In this document: one piece after another, positions 61,790 through 64,000 of the stretch
Position numbering within the stretch: position 1 is the first letter of the stretch
Layout: the number at the start of each line of letters is the position of its first letter
From: Lama guanicoe
Lineage: Eukaryota
Length of the DNA: 64,000 nucleotides
Reading direction: 5' to 3'
Assembly (NCBI GenBank): GCA_013239625.1
Contig: MU054212.1
Span: 8,579,084-8,643,083 of the forward strand
The notes under the pieces: generated by a model
What the model saw: only the letters and a program-made list of their open reading frames with translations
Told to the model about the DNA's origin: nothing
Database searches by the model: none
Program-made: the position numbers and the translations under genes

Positions 61790-62275
61790 CTTTGAAAAAT
61801 TTAACAGGTTTCAGCTAAATGCAAATTCAACAGGAACTAAGGATGAGACTAGGCTGCTAAACAAGCTAATGACACTAAAATTTCCATTACAATCACCAAG
61901 AGAGGAAATGGTCTCAATGTCTTTTGGGTTAATCAGACCATGTTTAGATCATGGTCTCAGCTGCAAATCACAGTGGCTGTCACCAAGCTGACATGTAGGA
62001 TGGTGGGGAATCTGGAAACCTTGTCCTGTAAGACAAAATGGAGGTAGTGTGGAGTACTCAGCCGAGAGACTACTTGGTGCCAGGGGTGGGAACTGATGGA
62101 GTATCTAAAATGTGTCATGAGGATGACAATGATTCAAACAACAAAACCAGGACACTAGATGGAAGTTAAAGGGATGACTAGTTCGCTGCAATATAAGGAT
62201 GGAATTTTTCGCAGTCACAGGTAGTCACAAAGACATGGTTTTCCATGCTGGAAATTCCTCAGCACAGTGTGTTTG
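61790..62275 (+). mobile_element. CR1/L3 LINE fragment
   Basis: ggctgctaaacaagctaatg...tcagacca...gatggtggggaatctggaaacc...gatggaagtta...aatataagga. Confidence 0.55.
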
Positions 62276-62329
62276 AGCAGTAAACTAGCTGTTGTAAGTG
62301 GTCATATTTAGTAGTTGGAAATGATAACA

Positions 62330-62500
62330 GCTACTATTATTATCTCTACTTCCTACAACTCTGTAAGGTAAGGAATATTGTCTTCATTTTACAGCTGAGA
62401 AAAATGAGGCTCAAAGTGGTTATTTAGAAGGCCCAAGGTCATATATCTAGTAATCGGACAAACCAAGATTCAAATTCAGATCTGATTCTAAATTGCACAT
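62330..62500 (-). mobile_element. MIR SINE
   Basis: acaactctgtaaggta...cattttacagctgagaaaaatgaggctcaaag...gcccaaggtcat. Confidence 0.75.
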
Positions 62501-62929
62501 TCATTGCATTATGCATGATGCTGACCTTCCAGTTCACTGTTTCCCATTTCCACCTGTCCACCTTATTTCTACCTGGTTGGCCAGAAGTAAATGCAGAATA
62601 ACAAATTCCTTCATTGCTTTATCTACCTCTGATCAAAAGTTGCTTGCAATTTTTTGAAAGAACTCATAAGATCCCTAGAAGGGAAAATGCAAATATGGAA
62701 ATATTTGTAAGAGTCAAATTTCTTGAATGTAAATACAAAGATAATACTTTAAACAGATTGGCAACGGCCAATCTATAGAGTGAAATGAACATACTGTATA
62801 TATTTTGAAATCATATAGACTCTTGGAATGTAACTTTTATCAACATGAAATAACCCCTTTATCCCAGAACATGCTTTTTGCCTTATATTCTATTTTGTCT
62901 TATATTAATATTGCTATGTGTATTTTTTG

Positions 62930-64000
62930 TTAACTTTTTCCTGGCCTTTATTTTTCTATGTCATCTTGTTTTAGAGAGATTCAGACATTGCACAGAGATA
63001 ATATAGTTATTTTTTGTAACCACTTGGAATTTTAATAGAATATAGTCCATTCATATTTATTATGATTACTGAAAGGTTCTATTTATTCTTTCAAATTTAT
63101 TATAATTTTTTAGTATTTCTTTTTTCCTTTCCTGCCTTTGATAAGATTAACCAAATTTTGCTTATTCCATTTTGTTCTTTTAGTGGTTTTCCTTCGAAAT
63201 TTAAAGCACATGTTTAAACATATATTTCTGTTGATCAGTATTTTTACCTTCTCCCCTGAAAAGGAAAAGAAGTTTAACAAGCTTTTCTTCCCCCCTTATA
63301 TATCCCTGCCACCATCCATGTCACAATTATCTGGGATTTCAGTTCCAGTAATAAGAATACTGTTAATAATAATAATCACAACTAACATTTCTAGAACAAC
63401 TTATTCTATTCCACAACTTATAAGCATCTTCTAATCTTAACAACATGTTTATGAGGTTACATAAGGTTATGTTACTTTCCAAAGGTAATACGAGTAATAG
63501 TAGAGGTTATATTAATGTTATTCATCAATGCTTATTTAAACTTAATAAGTTTCACTGGTTCCTTTGCTTGTATTTACTGGATCTTTTTAAACTTACTTGT
63601 TTTACTGAATAAATAACTTGAGTGTTTCTTTCTGAAATAGTTTAAGCATATTTCTTATACATTTAACTGTCTTTTTTCTTTCTTTCTTTTTTTTTCTTTT
63701 CCTTTTTTCTTTTTTCTTTTTTCTTTTTTTGCTATCACACTTAAAATACTAGTTTGGCCAGATATAAAATTATGCCTAATATAATTTTCTTTCAGGATTT
63801 GATTTTGTTGAATTAAGCTTCCAAGTTGTTTTTGGAAATCCAGATTCTCATTTCTTTGTGGATATTCTGTTTCTCTCCCTGTCTCTCTCTCTCAGCTGCA
63901 CGTCATTTCATTGTGTGGATGTGCCATAGTTTATTCAACCAATCTTCTACGCATGGATATTCGTTTCCAATGTTTCATAATCACAAACAGTGCTGCAATG
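62930..64000 (-). mobile_element. Very old antisense L1 (L1ME-like) fragments with a T-rich low-complexity tract
   Basis: tagtccattcatatttattatgattactga; agtttggccagatataaaatt; cattgtgtggatgtgccatagtttattcaacc. Confidence 0.55.

Overview
Eukaryotic, placental-mammal DNA, most likely a camelid (camel, alpaca or llama). The inference rests on six copies of a tRNA-Ala(AGC)-derived SINE of the Vic-1 type plus artiodactyl-style L1 3' ends. I find no credible protein-coding gene. The supplied ORFs are short chance frames or fragments of decayed transposon genes (L1 ORF2, a Charlie2/ZMYM6-like hAT transposase). The window holds a CpG island at about 3.3-4.2 kb that runs into a 151-N assembly gap, probably the 5' end of an unidentified gene transcribed leftwards. 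About 60 kb of intergenic sequence follows, with L1, L2, CR1, MIR, DNA-transposon relics and an unusually dense set of solo ERV LTRs. The best candidate functional signals are regulatory: three CTCF motifs in divergent arrangement around the island, a MER41-like LTR that keeps a GAS-type (STAT) motif, and several repeat-free blocks rich in homeodomain/FOX/SOX motifs. I do not see a convincing new biological system. Repeat family names are from recalled consensus sequences and boundaries are approximate unless termini or TSDs are quoted.
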